Shown: positions 20,500 through 30,323 of the stretch, piece by piece
Numbering within the stretch: the stretch's first letter is position 1
Layout of the letters: every line of letters begins with the position of its first letter
From: a virus
Reading direction: 5' to 3' (one strand)
Virus record (IMG/VR): IMGVR_UViG_3300025137_000017
Span: 71,612 to 135,611 of that record
Length of the DNA stretch: 64,000 nt
Program-made: the position numbers and the translations under genes
The notes under the pieces: generated by a model
Database searches by the model: none
The model's input: only the letters and a program-made list of their open reading frames with translations
What the model was told of the DNA's origin: nothing

Positions 20500-20758
20500 T
20501 GACAGTGACCTAGAGTTTATTTTACAACTATATGACGTAGGATATTCGTTTATGGCTGATAAGGCTAAAATGGATTATGCAGAAACCTTTGTATATAAAC
20601 TTGTAGATTATGGATTCGACGTAAAGTCTAATGCAGTTGAAATAGGAGAACATGATGAATACTTGGATAAAGCAGTTGATACTGTTTTGGAAGAGGATGA
20701 AAGTGAACCTGAAGACGAATGGCTGGATGAAGAATTCGATACAGAATGGGATGAATAA
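20489..20758 (+). CDS. acidic hypothetical protein
   Basis: 89-aa ORF coupled between uvsX and uvsY. Confidence 0.6.
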   Translation: MNLNDSDLEFILQLYDVGYSFMADKAKMDYAETFVYKLVDYGFDVKSNAVEIGEHDEYLDKAVDTVLEEDESEPEDEWLDEEFDTEWDE

Positions 20759-20763
20759 ATCTC

Positions 20764-21222
20764 ATGAGTAAATGGTATAGACGAGTAACGTCAAATATGA
20801 GTGATATCGTGGAAGCGATATCACATTTTGAGAAAGAAATAGATGAAGCGAAGTATGAATGTGGAATGAAAGGTAACCTCGAAAAACAGAGCCGTGACAT
20901 GCCTGGTATCGTTGAGCACCGTTTTAACCAACTTCAAGAAGTAGAAGCTATACTCGAATACCTCAATACTGAAATGCGAAAAACTCGCAGTAAAATTTTC
21001 CGTAAGTTTCTAGAGTCTTATAATAGGGCACTCAGTTCTAGAGACGCAGAAAAATTCGTTGATGGAGAAGAGGACGTAATATCGCTTCAATACCTCATCA
21101 ACGATTTCAGTCTAGTTCGCAATAGGTTTATCGGTGTTATTAAAGCTCTGGAGGCAAAACAGTTCCAGATTAATAATATCGTTAAACTTAGGGCGGCGGG
21201 ACTAGAGGATATTTCTTTATAA
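20764..21222 (+). CDS. uvsY: recombination mediator UvsY-like
   Basis: Helical 152 aa, ALSSRDAEKFVDGE, KQFQINNIVKLR; downstream of uvsX. Confidence 0.7.
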   Translation: MSKWYRRVTSNMSDIVEAISHFEKEIDEAKYECGMKGNLEKQSRDMPGIVEHRFNQLQEVEAILEYLNTEMRKTRSKIFRKFLESYNRALSSRDAEKFVDGEEDVISLQYLINDFSLVRNRFIGVIKALEAKQFQINNIVKLRAAGLEDISL

Positions 21223-21295
21223 AAAAACACTTGACACACTGGCTAATTGTGCTATTATAGTAATATAGGACAAACAAGCTAATAGGACAGTGAAA

Positions 21296-22006
21296 ATGGC
21301 TAAAAAATCTAAAATTATCAGCGGATACAATCCACAAGAAGTACTTGCTCTAGGAGTACAAACCTACAATGCACAGGGCTTCGTTCGTAGTGGCGATGGG
21401 TATATTAAAGTAGACCCAAATACAGGTGAGAAATCAACCGAAGTCAAGGATAACAAATCGCTTATTCTTGATCTAATCGCTGATAACACCCGCCCTTCCC
21501 CAGAAGATATGCAAGAAGCACAAGTTATCATGGACAAGTTCAGTGGTAAATTTATGTTGAAAAAACTACAAGGTAGTTTAACTCGCTTTGAAACCAGTGT
21601 AAGTGAGGCGTTCACTAATGATCTTACTAACTTTACTGTTGCAGTTATTGCCAGTATTCCTCATATGAATGTTATTGACAAAGTAAGACAAACTATTACA
21701 GATAAAATTGAAGAGTTACGTTTTAAAAGTGATTACTTTGGTGATGTCCGTACACGTTATGATCTTTCAGTAGAGATTATTGATGTAAAGTTTATTCAAA
21801 CATCAGGTGTATACATGATCACTAGTGTATATAATGACACAGATATTATTAAGTTTTGGTGGAGAGATCAGCCAGATATCAGTGATATTATTAACGGTAA
21901 AACTGTTACTATTCGTGGAACAGTTCTCAAACATGAGAATAGTAAGTATTCCAAAGCAAAAGAAACAATGTTAAATCGTGTTAAAATTATGGGAGAGCTA
22001 AAATAA
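21296..22006 (+). CDS. hypothetical protein, possible C-terminal OB fold
   Basis: sigma70 promoter at 21231-21258; C-terminus VTIRGTVLKH...ETMLNRVK resembles OB-fold strands. Confidence 0.55.
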   Translation: MAKKSKIISGYNPQEVLALGVQTYNAQGFVRSGDGYIKVDPNTGEKSTEVKDNKSLILDLIADNTRPSPEDMQEAQVIMDKFSGKFMLKKLQGSLTRFETSVSEAFTNDLTNFTVAVIASIPHMNVIDKVRQTITDKIEELRFKSDYFGDVRTRYDLSVEIIDVKFIQTSGVYMITSVYNDTDIIKFWWRDQPDISDIINGKTVTIRGTVLKHENSKYSKAKETMLNRVKIMGELK

Positions 22007-22203
22007 TGAAATGGGACGAACCAGAGGTTATGACTGTAACATGTACAGATAACGATAAGACTGCTGAAGTTACTATTATCCGTAAATCACACGATATCAT
22101 TCGTGCAGAACTACAAGGCATACCATTAAACTTTAAGAAATATAAGCCAGGCGTATATATTGCTAATATGAGTGGTATGGAATTTGTCCTTAAAACAAAA
22201 TAA
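22006..22203 (+). CDS. small hypothetical protein
   Basis: TAATG-coupled ORF with GGGAG SD. Confidence 0.6.
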   Translation: MKWDEPEVMTVTCTDNDKTAEVTIIRKSHDIIRAELQGIPLNFKKYKPGVYIANMSGMEFVLKTK

Positions 22204-22259
22204 ATTTCAAAAGATTTATAAGCATTTGATATTGCTGAATAAAAGAGTCAACTCTTTTC

Positions 22260-22288
22260 TTGACAGTAAGGCATATCGGTGTTATAAT
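22260..22288 (+). promoter_or_regulatory. sigma70-type promoter TTGACAGTAAG...TGtTATAAT
   Basis: Consensus -35, extended -10, 17-nt spacer. Confidence 0.8.
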
Positions 22289-22328
22289 CTTTATATAATT
22301 AGATATTAAACACAAACAGGAGTTTGAA

Positions 22329-23189
22329 TTGAGAACAATGGCACTTAAGACTAACCGCAAGTCTAAAAAAGCGGACTCTATTATTAGTGTAGTTAACGAT
22401 GCAGTTGATAATCCTAACGAAACAGATGACCAGATTATTGAAAGACTTCGTACAAGATTTGAGATACTTGATGATATGACACAGGCCTCAATAGATGGTG
22501 TTGTTAGAGGTATGGTAGTAACAGGCCCTCCAGGCGTAGGTAAATCATTTGGTGTAGAAGCACAATTAGAAAAGAACAGTTTGTTCGATAAGATTGCAGG
22601 CAACAAGTTACGTTTTGAAGTTGTTAAAGGCGCCAGTAGTGCAATTGGCTTGTATAAGACACTATACCAAAATGCAGACAAGAACAATGTACTAGTATTA
22701 GATGATTGTGATACAGTATTGTATGACGAGACAAGTCTTAACCTACTTAAGGCGGCACTAGATTCCAGTAAGAAACGTAAACTTAATTGGAATACAGATA
22801 GTTCATTGTTAAGACGTGAAGGTATTCCAGACTGTTTTGAATTTAAGGGTTCAGTTATTTTTATTACTAACCTAAAGTTTGATAAGGTACGTGGTAAAAT
22901 TAAAGACCACTTGGATGCTATTATGTCACGTTGTCACTACTTAGACTTAACTATGGATACAACTCGTGAAAAGGTTCTACGTTGTAAGCAGATTGTTAAA
23001 GATGGTATGCTTAATGAATACGAATTTGACAAGGCAACTGAGGATCAAGTTGTAAACTTTATGATTGACCAGAAGGATAAAATGAGAGAGATCTCACTCC
23101 GTATGGTAACCAAGATTGCAGACCTTCGTAAAGCAATGCCAGAGAAATGGCAAGCAGTAGCTGAAGTTACTTGTATGCGAAGGATGTGA
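22329..23189 (+). CDS. AAA+ ATPase of unknown function
   Basis: GPPGVGKS Walker A, LVLDDCD Walker B, FITN sensor 1, AIMSRC arginine finger. Confidence 0.8.
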   Translation: MRTMALKTNRKSKKADSIISVVNDAVDNPNETDDQIIERLRTRFEILDDMTQASIDGVVRGMVVTGPPGVGKSFGVEAQLEKNSLFDKIAGNKLRFEVVKGASSAIGLYKTLYQNADKNNVLVLDDCDTVLYDETSLNLLKAALDSSKKRKLNWNTDSSLLRREGIPDCFEFKGSVIFITNLKFDKVRGKIKDHLDAIMSRCHYLDLTMDTTREKVLRCKQIVKDGMLNEYEFDKATEDQVVNFMIDQKDKMREISLRMVTKIADLRKAMPEKWQAVAEVTCMRRM

Positions 23190-23205
23190 TAAACCCCCCA
23201 ACTAT

Positions 23206-23236
23206 GAGCCTGGCATTCATTTGCCAGGCTCTTTTT
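23206..23236 (+). terminator. intrinsic terminator
   Basis: gagcctggca/tgccaggctc perfect stem plus TTTTT. Confidence 0.85.
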
Positions 23237-23275
23237 ATATCTTGACAAACAAACTAGATCGTGTATAATAGTATT

Positions 23276-24727
23276 ATGAGTTGTAAAATAATCCTAAAAG
23301 ATGAGGTAAATTGTAAGATCGAAGGCTTAGATCTCGATACTCGAAAGAAGATTGAGAAGAAGCTGAAGTTCTTTATGCCCTATGCATACCATGTACCAGC
23401 ATATAAGTTGGGCAGATGGGATGGTTGTATTAGTTTCTTTACTATTGGTGGAGTAACATACAGTAATCTGTTGGATGATATACTTCCAATTATCATTGCA
23501 GATGGTTATGAAGTAAATGTAGAAGATCACAGATCACAAATAAAGTTAGAGTTTGATATTGTTGATGAGACTACATTCCAACATAAGAGCTGGCCTGAAG
23601 GTCATGTCATGGAAGGGCAACCAGTAACACTTCGTGATTATCAGATTGAGATTGTAAACAAGTTCTTAGAAACTCCACAATGTCTACAGGAGATTGCCAC
23701 AGGAGCAGGTAAAACACTTATCACAGCCGCTCTTAGTTCAAAGGTAGAAGAGTATGGGCGTTCAATTGTTATTGTGCCTAACAAAGACCTAGTAACACAG
23801 ACGTATGCAGACTATAAAAACTTAGGTTTAGATGTTGGAGTATACTATGGTGATAAGAAAGAATATGGTAAAACACATACTATCTGTACATGGCAGAGTT
23901 TAAATAGTATTAAGAAGCAATTTCGTGATGCAAAGACAGACTTTAGTCTACAGGACTTTAGTGAAGATGTAACATGTGTTATAGTAGATGAGGTTCATCA
24001 GGCTAAAGCAGAAGTACTTAAAGAGCTACTAACAAAAGATTTTGCACATATTCCTATGAGATGGGGATTAACTGGTACTATTCCAAAAGCAGATCATGAA
24101 AAGATTGCACTAAAAGCCTGTCTAGGTGAGGTAGTTAATAAACTTGCTACTGAAACACTACAAGAAGCTGGCGTACTTAGTAACTGTCATGTGAACGTAA
24201 TGCAGTTAGAAGAAACTGTTGAATACAATAACTATCAAAGCGAACTAACATATTTAACCAGCGATAAAAAACGTATGGAATATATAAGTAAGTTGCTGGA
24301 ATCTATAGGAGAGAGTGGTAACACACTTATATTAGTTGATAGAATTAAAGCAGGTAACCTAATAGTGGATAATATCCCAGGTGCTAGTTTTGTTAGTGGT
24401 AGTATGAAAAGTGCTACTCGTAAAGAACATTATGATGAAATTAATACTGAGGATAAACAAATCCTCGTAGCAACGTATGGTGTGGCGGCCGTAGGTATTA
24501 ATATCCCTAGAATCTTTAACTTAGTTCTAATTGAACCGGGTAAAAGTTTTGTAAGAGTTATACAGAGTATTGGACGTGGCGTTCGTAGAGCCAACGACAA
24601 AGACTTTGTACAGATATGGGATATAACAAGCACGGCTAAGTTCTCAAAAAGACATTTGAGAGAAAGAAAGAACTTCTATAAAGAAGCCAACTACCCATTT
24701 ACAATAGAAAAAGTTAGATACAAATGA
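23276..24727 (+). CDS. uvsW: SF2 DNA helicase, UvsW-like
   Basis: WDG, LRDYQ, ATGAGKT, VDEVH, GLTGT, QSIGRGVR; start placed at MSCK, 6 nt after TATAAT (23264). Confidence 0.85.
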   Translation: MSCKIILKDEVNCKIEGLDLDTRKKIEKKLKFFMPYAYHVPAYKLGRWDGCISFFTIGGVTYSNLLDDILPIIIADGYEVNVEDHRSQIKLEFDIVDETTFQHKSWPEGHVMEGQPVTLRDYQIEIVNKFLETPQCLQEIATGAGKTLITAALSSKVEEYGRSIVIVPNKDLVTQTYADYKNLGLDVGVYYGDKKEYGKTHTICTWQSLNSIKKQFRDAKTDFSLQDFSEDVTCVIVDEVHQAKAEVLKELLTKDFAHIPMRWGLTGTIPKADHEKIALKACLGEVVNKLATETLQEAGVLSNCHVNVMQLEETVEYNNYQSELTYLTSDKKRMEYISKLLESIGESGNTLILVDRIKAGNLIVDNIPGASFVSGSMKSATRKEHYDEINTEDKQILVATYGVAAVGINIPRIFNLVLIEPGKSFVRVIQSIGRGVRRANDKDFVQIWDITSTAKFSKRHLRERKNFYKEANYPFTIEKVRYK

Positions 24728-25224
24728 AAATATTAACAGTAGAAAATAAAATATATGATTTAGATGAGATACCGGATCAAGTAGATGATCTACGTTATGG
24801 AATCTTAGATTACAGTGATCCAAAGAATGTGGACTATTATTTTGTCCCACTAGTATTCCTGGAAAGTTTTTATAGTCCAGCCGCAGTAGTGCAAATTGGA
24901 GACAAACAAATTAGTGTTCCATTAGATTGGAGTGTAGTTATCTGTGATCGTGAAGTTGGAGAGCCTGAAGTATTAAATCTAATGAGTCTAAACGACAGAG
25001 GATTTAGTGCTTTTGCATTTAATCCAGTCAATGGATTTAAAGCAGAATATCTTGATATTCAAATAACAAATGTATATACAGATATTAAATGGTATGCTCC
25101 TAAACTTAAATTTGGACACCTATTATGTGTTCCAGTATCAGACGAACCCAATCCACTATGTTGTCTGTTTGTAAAAGAATCAAGTAAGATTCCTGAAGTA
25201 CTTGATATTAATGTGATGTGGTAA
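24724..25224 (+). CDS. conserved hypothetical protein
   Basis: ATGA-coupled to helicase; beta-rich 166 aa. Confidence 0.65.
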   Translation: MKILTVENKIYDLDEIPDQVDDLRYGILDYSDPKNVDYYFVPLVFLESFYSPAAVVQIGDKQISVPLDWSVVICDREVGEPEVLNLMSLNDRGFSAFAFNPVNGFKAEYLDIQITNVYTDIKWYAPKLKFGHLLCVPVSDEPNPLCCLFVKESSKIPEVLDINVMW

Positions 25225-25619
25225 TGAGTAAAATTACAGAATATGCTGAGGAATTTAGTTTCTTAGATGATGAAGACAGATTAATGCATCTTATTGATTT
25301 GGCAAAGCGACCAGGTAGCTTACCAAAAGAACTAAGATCAGACAACAACCTTGTAAATGGTTGTATGAGTCAAATTTGGGTAGATGTAGGTTTACAAGAT
25401 CAAATTGTTAGTGTATACTATGATAGTGATGCAATGATTACAAAAGGTATTACCAGTGTTGTAGCAGATTGTTTTACAGGACTAGATCTTGCAGACGCAA
25501 AGTTACTTACAAAGTCTGACTTTGAAGAATTAGGCATAAAAGAATTGCTATCTGCACAAAGACGTAATGGCTTAGGTAGTCTAATAGATACTATAAGCAA
25601 AAGGGTACATAAGTTATGA
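25224..25619 (+). CDS. sufE: SufE-family Fe-S assembly sulfur acceptor
   Basis: LIDLAK, VNGCMSQIW (catalytic Cys), DSDAMITKG, LSAQRRNGL. Confidence 0.85.
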   Translation: MSKITEYAEEFSFLDDEDRLMHLIDLAKRPGSLPKELRSDNNLVNGCMSQIWVDVGLQDQIVSVYYDSDAMITKGITSVVADCFTGLDLADAKLLTKSDFEELGIKELLSAQRRNGLGSLIDTISKRVHKL

Positions 25620-26080
25620 ACGCAAAATTAACAATTAAAGAAGAGATGCGTTCTATTGATGTTAAGGATAGAACTTGGTATAAAAGTCTAACTGACGAAG
25701 AGAAGAAGAAGGTTGGTATATGGGTATTGATGCGATATGCAAGTAGTGTTAAACACGGCATTAAAGACTTCGAGGAACATTATCTTGAATGGACTAATGA
25801 GCTTGTTAATGTACACTTCAATACACTAAGACATCATCCAGAGCTACAATACCAGTTACTACAAGCAGTAGGGTTAGGTAAGATACAGTATCATCCATGG
25901 ATTGCTCCAGGCAAAAAAGGTACTGATAAGCCGTTGTTTAAGTTTTTTAAAGACAAACACCCTGAATATAATGATGATGAACTTGCCATATTCCTATTAC
26001 AATATGACAAAGATGAGATCACAGATATACTAGAGCAGTATGGATTAGAGAAAAAAGATATTAAAAAGTTATTAAAGTAA
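25616..26080 (+). CDS. possible clamp-loader small subunit (gp62-like)
   Basis: LMRYASS...NELVN...HPELQYQLL...HPWI pattern resembles gp62; replication context. Confidence 0.45.
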   Translation: MNAKLTIKEEMRSIDVKDRTWYKSLTDEEKKKVGIWVLMRYASSVKHGIKDFEEHYLEWTNELVNVHFNTLRHHPELQYQLLQAVGLGKIQYHPWIAPGKKGTDKPLFKFFKDKHPEYNDDELAIFLLQYDKDEITDILEQYGLEKKDIKKLLK

Positions 26081-26754
26081 TGTTTAAATGTGAGTACTGT
26101 AACAAGACTTTTAAAAGAGAAGGCACTCTTGCAGTACATGTCTGTGAGCCTAAACGTAGGTTTCAACAAAAAGACAGTAAGCATGTACAACTAGCATTCC
26201 GTAGTTATCAGTTATTCTATAGGATAGGAACCAACAGTAAAAAAGAAAAGTCATATGAGGATTTTTCAGGTAGTCAATACTATACTGCATTTGTAAAGTT
26301 TGGTAGTTATTGTATTGATCTTAAGATAGATGATGTGCCAGTATACACAAAATGGTTACTAAAAAACAATATTGCTATTGATAGATGGTGTAGTGATAGA
26401 AACTTTAATACATGGATTAAAGAAAGACTTAAAAGTGAAAGTTGTGATAGAGCAGTAGAACGTACTATACTCTTTATGCAGGATTGGGGAGAAGATAATG
26501 CTAACGAATGGAATAATTATTTTGACGCAGTACCGAGTAATCTGGCAGTATTCCATATATGCAGTGGAAAAATTAGTCCGTGGGTATTATATGCGAGTAA
26601 CAGGGCTCAATCATTACTTGATCGCCTTAATGAAGAACAAATTAAAATGATCATTGAATACATAGACCCACATGTATGGCAAATTAAAATGAAAAGGTTT
26701 GAGAAAGACTTTGATTGGGTAAAACAATTGTTAAAAAAGGCACACTTATCATGA
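26080..26754 (+). CDS. hypothetical protein with N-terminal zinc finger
   Basis: CEYCNKTF...LAVHVC motif. Confidence 0.6.
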   Translation: MFKCEYCNKTFKREGTLAVHVCEPKRRFQQKDSKHVQLAFRSYQLFYRIGTNSKKEKSYEDFSGSQYYTAFVKFGSYCIDLKIDDVPVYTKWLLKNNIAIDRWCSDRNFNTWIKERLKSESCDRAVERTILFMQDWGEDNANEWNNYFDAVPSNLAVFHICSGKISPWVLYASNRAQSLLDRLNEEQIKMIIEYIDPHVWQIKMKRFEKDFDWVKQLLKKAHLS

Positions 26755-27467
26755 ACAACCACTTTATTTTCGATGTAGACGGAACACTAACACCAAGTAG
26801 AGGAGAGATCAATCTAGGATTTAAGCAGTTTCTAATAGAGTTTGCAATGAGAAATAAAGTCTATCTAGTAACAGGTAGTGATAAACCAAAGACAGTTGAA
26901 CAGATAGGCAAAGACTTATACGACAGATGTCATACTGTATATAATTGTAGTGGTAATGATGTATGGCAACGTGATAAAAACATATTTACAAATACTTGGA
27001 AACTGTCTAGACCGGCAAAGAAGTGGCTACAGGAACAATTAGATGCAAGTAATTTTGAATTGAGAACTGGATTACATTTTGAGCATAGAACAGGCATGGT
27101 AAACTTTAGTATAGTTGGACGTAATGCTACAATAGAAGAACGTGCTGAATATGTAAAGTGGGATAACAAAAAGAATGAGCGTAACACAATAGCAAAGGCA
27201 TTTAATGCCAAGTTTAAAAAACTAAAAGCACAGCCTGGCGGTGAAACTGGTATTGATATATATCCAAAAAACTGTGATAAAAGTCAGATAGTTCGTGACT
27301 TTACATATGATGATGTGTTATACTTTATGGGAGATAGAATGGATCCAGATGGAAATGATTATCCATTAGCACAGGAAATAGATAAAGGTGCAGCCATTGA
27401 AGTAACTGGTTGGAAAGATGCATACGACAAACTACTGATGTTAAGAGTGTTAGGAATAGCTAGATGA
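26751..27467 (+). CDS. phosphomannomutase, HAD-IIB (PMM2/Sec53-type)
   Basis: FDVDGTLT, VTGSD, RTGMVNFSIVGR, GGETGIDIYP..DK, GDRM.PDGNDYPL. Confidence 0.85.
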   Translation: MNNHFIFDVDGTLTPSRGEINLGFKQFLIEFAMRNKVYLVTGSDKPKTVEQIGKDLYDRCHTVYNCSGNDVWQRDKNIFTNTWKLSRPAKKWLQEQLDASNFELRTGLHFEHRTGMVNFSIVGRNATIEERAEYVKWDNKKNERNTIAKAFNAKFKKLKAQPGGETGIDIYPKNCDKSQIVRDFTYDDVLYFMGDRMDPDGNDYPLAQEIDKGAAIEVTGWKDAYDKLLMLRVLGIAR

Positions 27468-28048
27468 TTGTAAATACAGATATTGATATTGATGTAGCCA
27501 ATAGAAATAAACTATTGACTATGATTAAGAATACTCCTGGAATGATTGCAAGGGACGGAAAACAAGTTAAGCACAATACAGGTGTTTACTTTCATGAAGT
27601 ACCCACAAATCCATTTACAGACTTGTGTACAATAGATCATAAGGACGCAGAAAATCTAGGTTACTTTAAGATTGATGTACTTAATGTGAATATATATGAG
27701 GGAATTGAAAGTAAACAGGAACTAGATAAACTTCTAGATATGCCTGTGCAATGGGATCTACTGAATCACCAAGAGATAGTAAAGCAATGCTTTCATATAC
27801 ATAATCACTTTGAGGTAGTGAAACGTATGCAACCCAAAAGTCTTGAACAGTTGGCGGCAGTACTTGCAATTATCCGTCCTGCTAAGAGACATCTAGTTGG
27901 TAAAGACTGGAACACAGTTTTTAGTAGTGTATGGATTAAGCCAACAGACGACTCTTACTTCTTCAAGAAGGCTCATGCACACGCCTATGCAATGGCAATT
28001 ATTTTACAACTGAATAAGTTAGTTAGAGACTCTTCTTCACAAGACTAA
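27464..28048 (+). CDS. miniature DNA polymerase III alpha (DnaE)-like catalytic-core protein
   Basis: DIDID, KHNTGV, GYFKIDVL, LAAVLAIIRP, YFFKKAHAHAY in DnaE order within 194 aa. Confidence 0.75.
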   Translation: MIVNTDIDIDVANRNKLLTMIKNTPGMIARDGKQVKHNTGVYFHEVPTNPFTDLCTIDHKDAENLGYFKIDVLNVNIYEGIESKQELDKLLDMPVQWDLLNHQEIVKQCFHIHNHFEVVKRMQPKSLEQLAAVLAIIRPAKRHLVGKDWNTVFSSVWIKPTDDSYFFKKAHAHAYAMAIILQLNKLVRDSSSQD

Positions 28049-28394
28049 TGCTTCGTCTTTTAATACGTTTAGTAATTGAGTTACTTAAACGTACTTCGGG
28101 ACCAGTAATAATCTCCATCTGTTTAACATTAAAACTTTGACTACAATAATTAAATGGCCACCTATTTAAAAGTGCAATGTTAATTGGCAATCGACGATTT
28201 GTCTCCCACCACCATTCTTCACCAAGCTCTAAGAATAAAGACTTCTCTTCTCTGCCTTTAAGACGTTCGTAGACATACATACTCGCTATTTGAGTATCTA
28301 TATTCTGCATAATTCCGATATATTCGTTTCCGGCATAGGATATGACAGTCAGGAATGGATATTCCTCTAAAAATTCTTGATACTTTGTTATCAT
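28023..28394 (-). CDS. conserved hypothetical protein
   Basis: MITKYQEFLEEYPFL...WWWETNRRLPI; TAAATA at 28403-28408 on - strand. Confidence 0.6.
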   Translation of the reverse strand: MITKYQEFLEEYPFLTVISYAGNEYIGIMQNIDTQIASMYVYERLKGREEKSLFLELGEEWWWETNRRLPINIALLNRWPFNYCSQSFNVKQMEIITGPEVRLSNSITKRIKRRSISLVKKSL

Positions 28395-28462
28395 TGTACT
28401 TCTATTTAGCAAGTAAATTTTTAGGCCAGAGAGCATAAATACTTATATACAAGGAACATTAG

Positions 28463-29290
28463 ATGAGCAATTACAGTACTAGTTATAACATAAGCCAGAC
28501 GGGCGATTTGTATACACTACAGGATCACGGAACTTCTACAGGGCAAAGCCAGTATAATAGTAGTCGTGGAACTACAGTTAACAGTCCTCTGAACTATAGG
28601 AAGTTAGAAGCATTCAAAGGTTTAGATAACGAGTTTTGGTTCTACGTTAAGAATCAAGATAGAAAACCTATTATGCTTAATAACCTAACAATTAATGCTA
28701 GTTTAATATTCAGAGAGAATAAGAATACTATTGTGGCAAAAGCATGTACTATTACAGACTATGATTTAGGCACATGTAAACTTGTATTGAAAAGCAGTGA
28801 TATTGCTGATGCAATTTCAGGATTATATGATCTTGTATTAACGTACACAAATAACGAAGGTTTAGTACTTCCACTCTTTGCTGATACTAACATGCGACCT
28901 ACACTAACTGTTGAAATTAGTGAAGATGCATTTAGTGTTCCACTTACTACACAAACAACCACAACATGGTTATATGACGGCACAACTAATAATATTGGTG
29001 AAAAACTAAACGGGCCTAAGCACTATCAAAAAGTACAAGGTCTAATTACGTTTGCTGTCTATTGCACAGGTTACACTGGCAAGTTCTACTTACAGGGTTC
29101 AACAAGTCCCTATCCAGATGACTCAGACTGGTTTGATTTAGAACTAGGTGCGGCAACCGATTTCTACCAATTCAATGCATTTACTGGCATTGAACCTTTT
29201 ACAGTCACATCAAACTTATATTATGTAAGATTTAATTGGCAAAAGACTGGAGCAACTGGAACGGTTGACAAAGTTGTAATAAGGCTGTAG
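28463..29290 (+). CDS. virion structural protein, BppU-N-like / baseplate-associated
   Basis: Late TAAATA 28436; KGLDN..F.VKNQDRKP, beta-rich. Confidence 0.5.
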   Translation: MSNYSTSYNISQTGDLYTLQDHGTSTGQSQYNSSRGTTVNSPLNYRKLEAFKGLDNEFWFYVKNQDRKPIMLNNLTINASLIFRENKNTIVAKACTITDYDLGTCKLVLKSSDIADAISGLYDLVLTYTNNEGLVLPLFADTNMRPTLTVEISEDAFSVPLTTQTTTTWLYDGTTNNIGEKLNGPKHYQKVQGLITFAVYCTGYTGKFYLQGSTSPYPDDSDWFDLELGAATDFYQFNAFTGIEPFTVTSNLYYVRFNWQKTGATGTVDKVVIRL

Positions 29291-29299
29291 TATATATGT

Positions 29300-30316
29300 A
29301 TGAGCTTAATAACAAACTACGTTAAATCTATTCTCCCTGTCGGCTGGACTAGTTCCCCATCAGGCTGGACTCATGGAAATTGTCCCATGTGTGTGGTTAA
29401 TGGTGAATCAAGGCCTGATATAAAAGGTAGAGGTGGATTTCGCTTTGAGGACGACAAGTTTAGTTATAACTGTTTTAACTGTGGTTATAAGACTGGCTGG
29501 AGTCCTGGCAAAGGTATCAGTAATAAAGTTAAAAGACTACTATTACGGTTTGGTGCTGATGAGAGTGATGTACAGAGACTACAACTAGAGTTATTAAGAG
29601 AAGAAGATGTTGCTACTATCCTACTGAGGAAAGAAGCAAGGAATACTCCTATTGTAATTGATTGGGAAGAAATGGCATTGCCTGAAGGTGCCCAACCAAT
29701 TAATAATTACAAAGGTGAAGTACATTTAGACTTTATAAAAGCAGTAGAGTATATACATAGTCGTGGATTTAATATTGATGATGATAGATTTATGTATAGT
29801 CCGGCTTCGGCTCCGGGTAGAATGAAGAGTCGCTTTATAATTCCGTTTCATTATAAAGGTAAGGTTGTAGGTTATACTGCACGTTGGATTGGCAAGCCAC
29901 CTGAAGGAATGCCTAAGTATTATAATCAGCAACCTAAGAATAACTTTATATACGGATTAGATAGACAAACAAAAGATAAAAACATTGTCATTGTTACTGA
30001 AGGTCCATTAGATGCTATTGTAACTGATGGTATTGCTATTGGAAGCAATAGTATAAATGATGATCAGGCCAATATTATTGACAACTTACAGAAGCGTGTT
30101 ATACTATTGGCAGATAAAGATTTTGCAGGAATTAAGGCAGTTAACACGGCAATCGAAAGAGGTTGGAGTGTTAGTTTTCCTGAATGGACTGATTGTAAGG
30201 ACGCCGGAGATGCTCTGGAACGATATGGTAGATTGTTCACAGTTCGTAGTATCCTAGACGGTGCTATAAGCAATCCAACTAAGATAAAACTACTGGCACA
30301 GAAATATTGTAAGTGA
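29300..30316 (+). CDS. DNA primase (gp61/DnaG-like)
   Basis: Zn ribbon CPMC...CFNC, TOPRIM VTEGPLDA and DKDFAG; leaderless from TTGACA(29265)-TAGTAT(29288). Confidence 0.9.
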   Translation: MSLITNYVKSILPVGWTSSPSGWTHGNCPMCVVNGESRPDIKGRGGFRFEDDKFSYNCFNCGYKTGWSPGKGISNKVKRLLLRFGADESDVQRLQLELLREEDVATILLRKEARNTPIVIDWEEMALPEGAQPINNYKGEVHLDFIKAVEYIHSRGFNIDDDRFMYSPASAPGRMKSRFIIPFHYKGKVVGYTARWIGKPPEGMPKYYNQQPKNNFIYGLDRQTKDKNIVIVTEGPLDAIVTDGIAIGSNSINDDQANIIDNLQKRVILLADKDFAGIKAVNTAIERGWSVSFPEWTDCKDAGDALERYGRLFTVRSILDGAISNPTKIKLLAQKYCK

Positions 30317-30323
30317 GGGAAAT

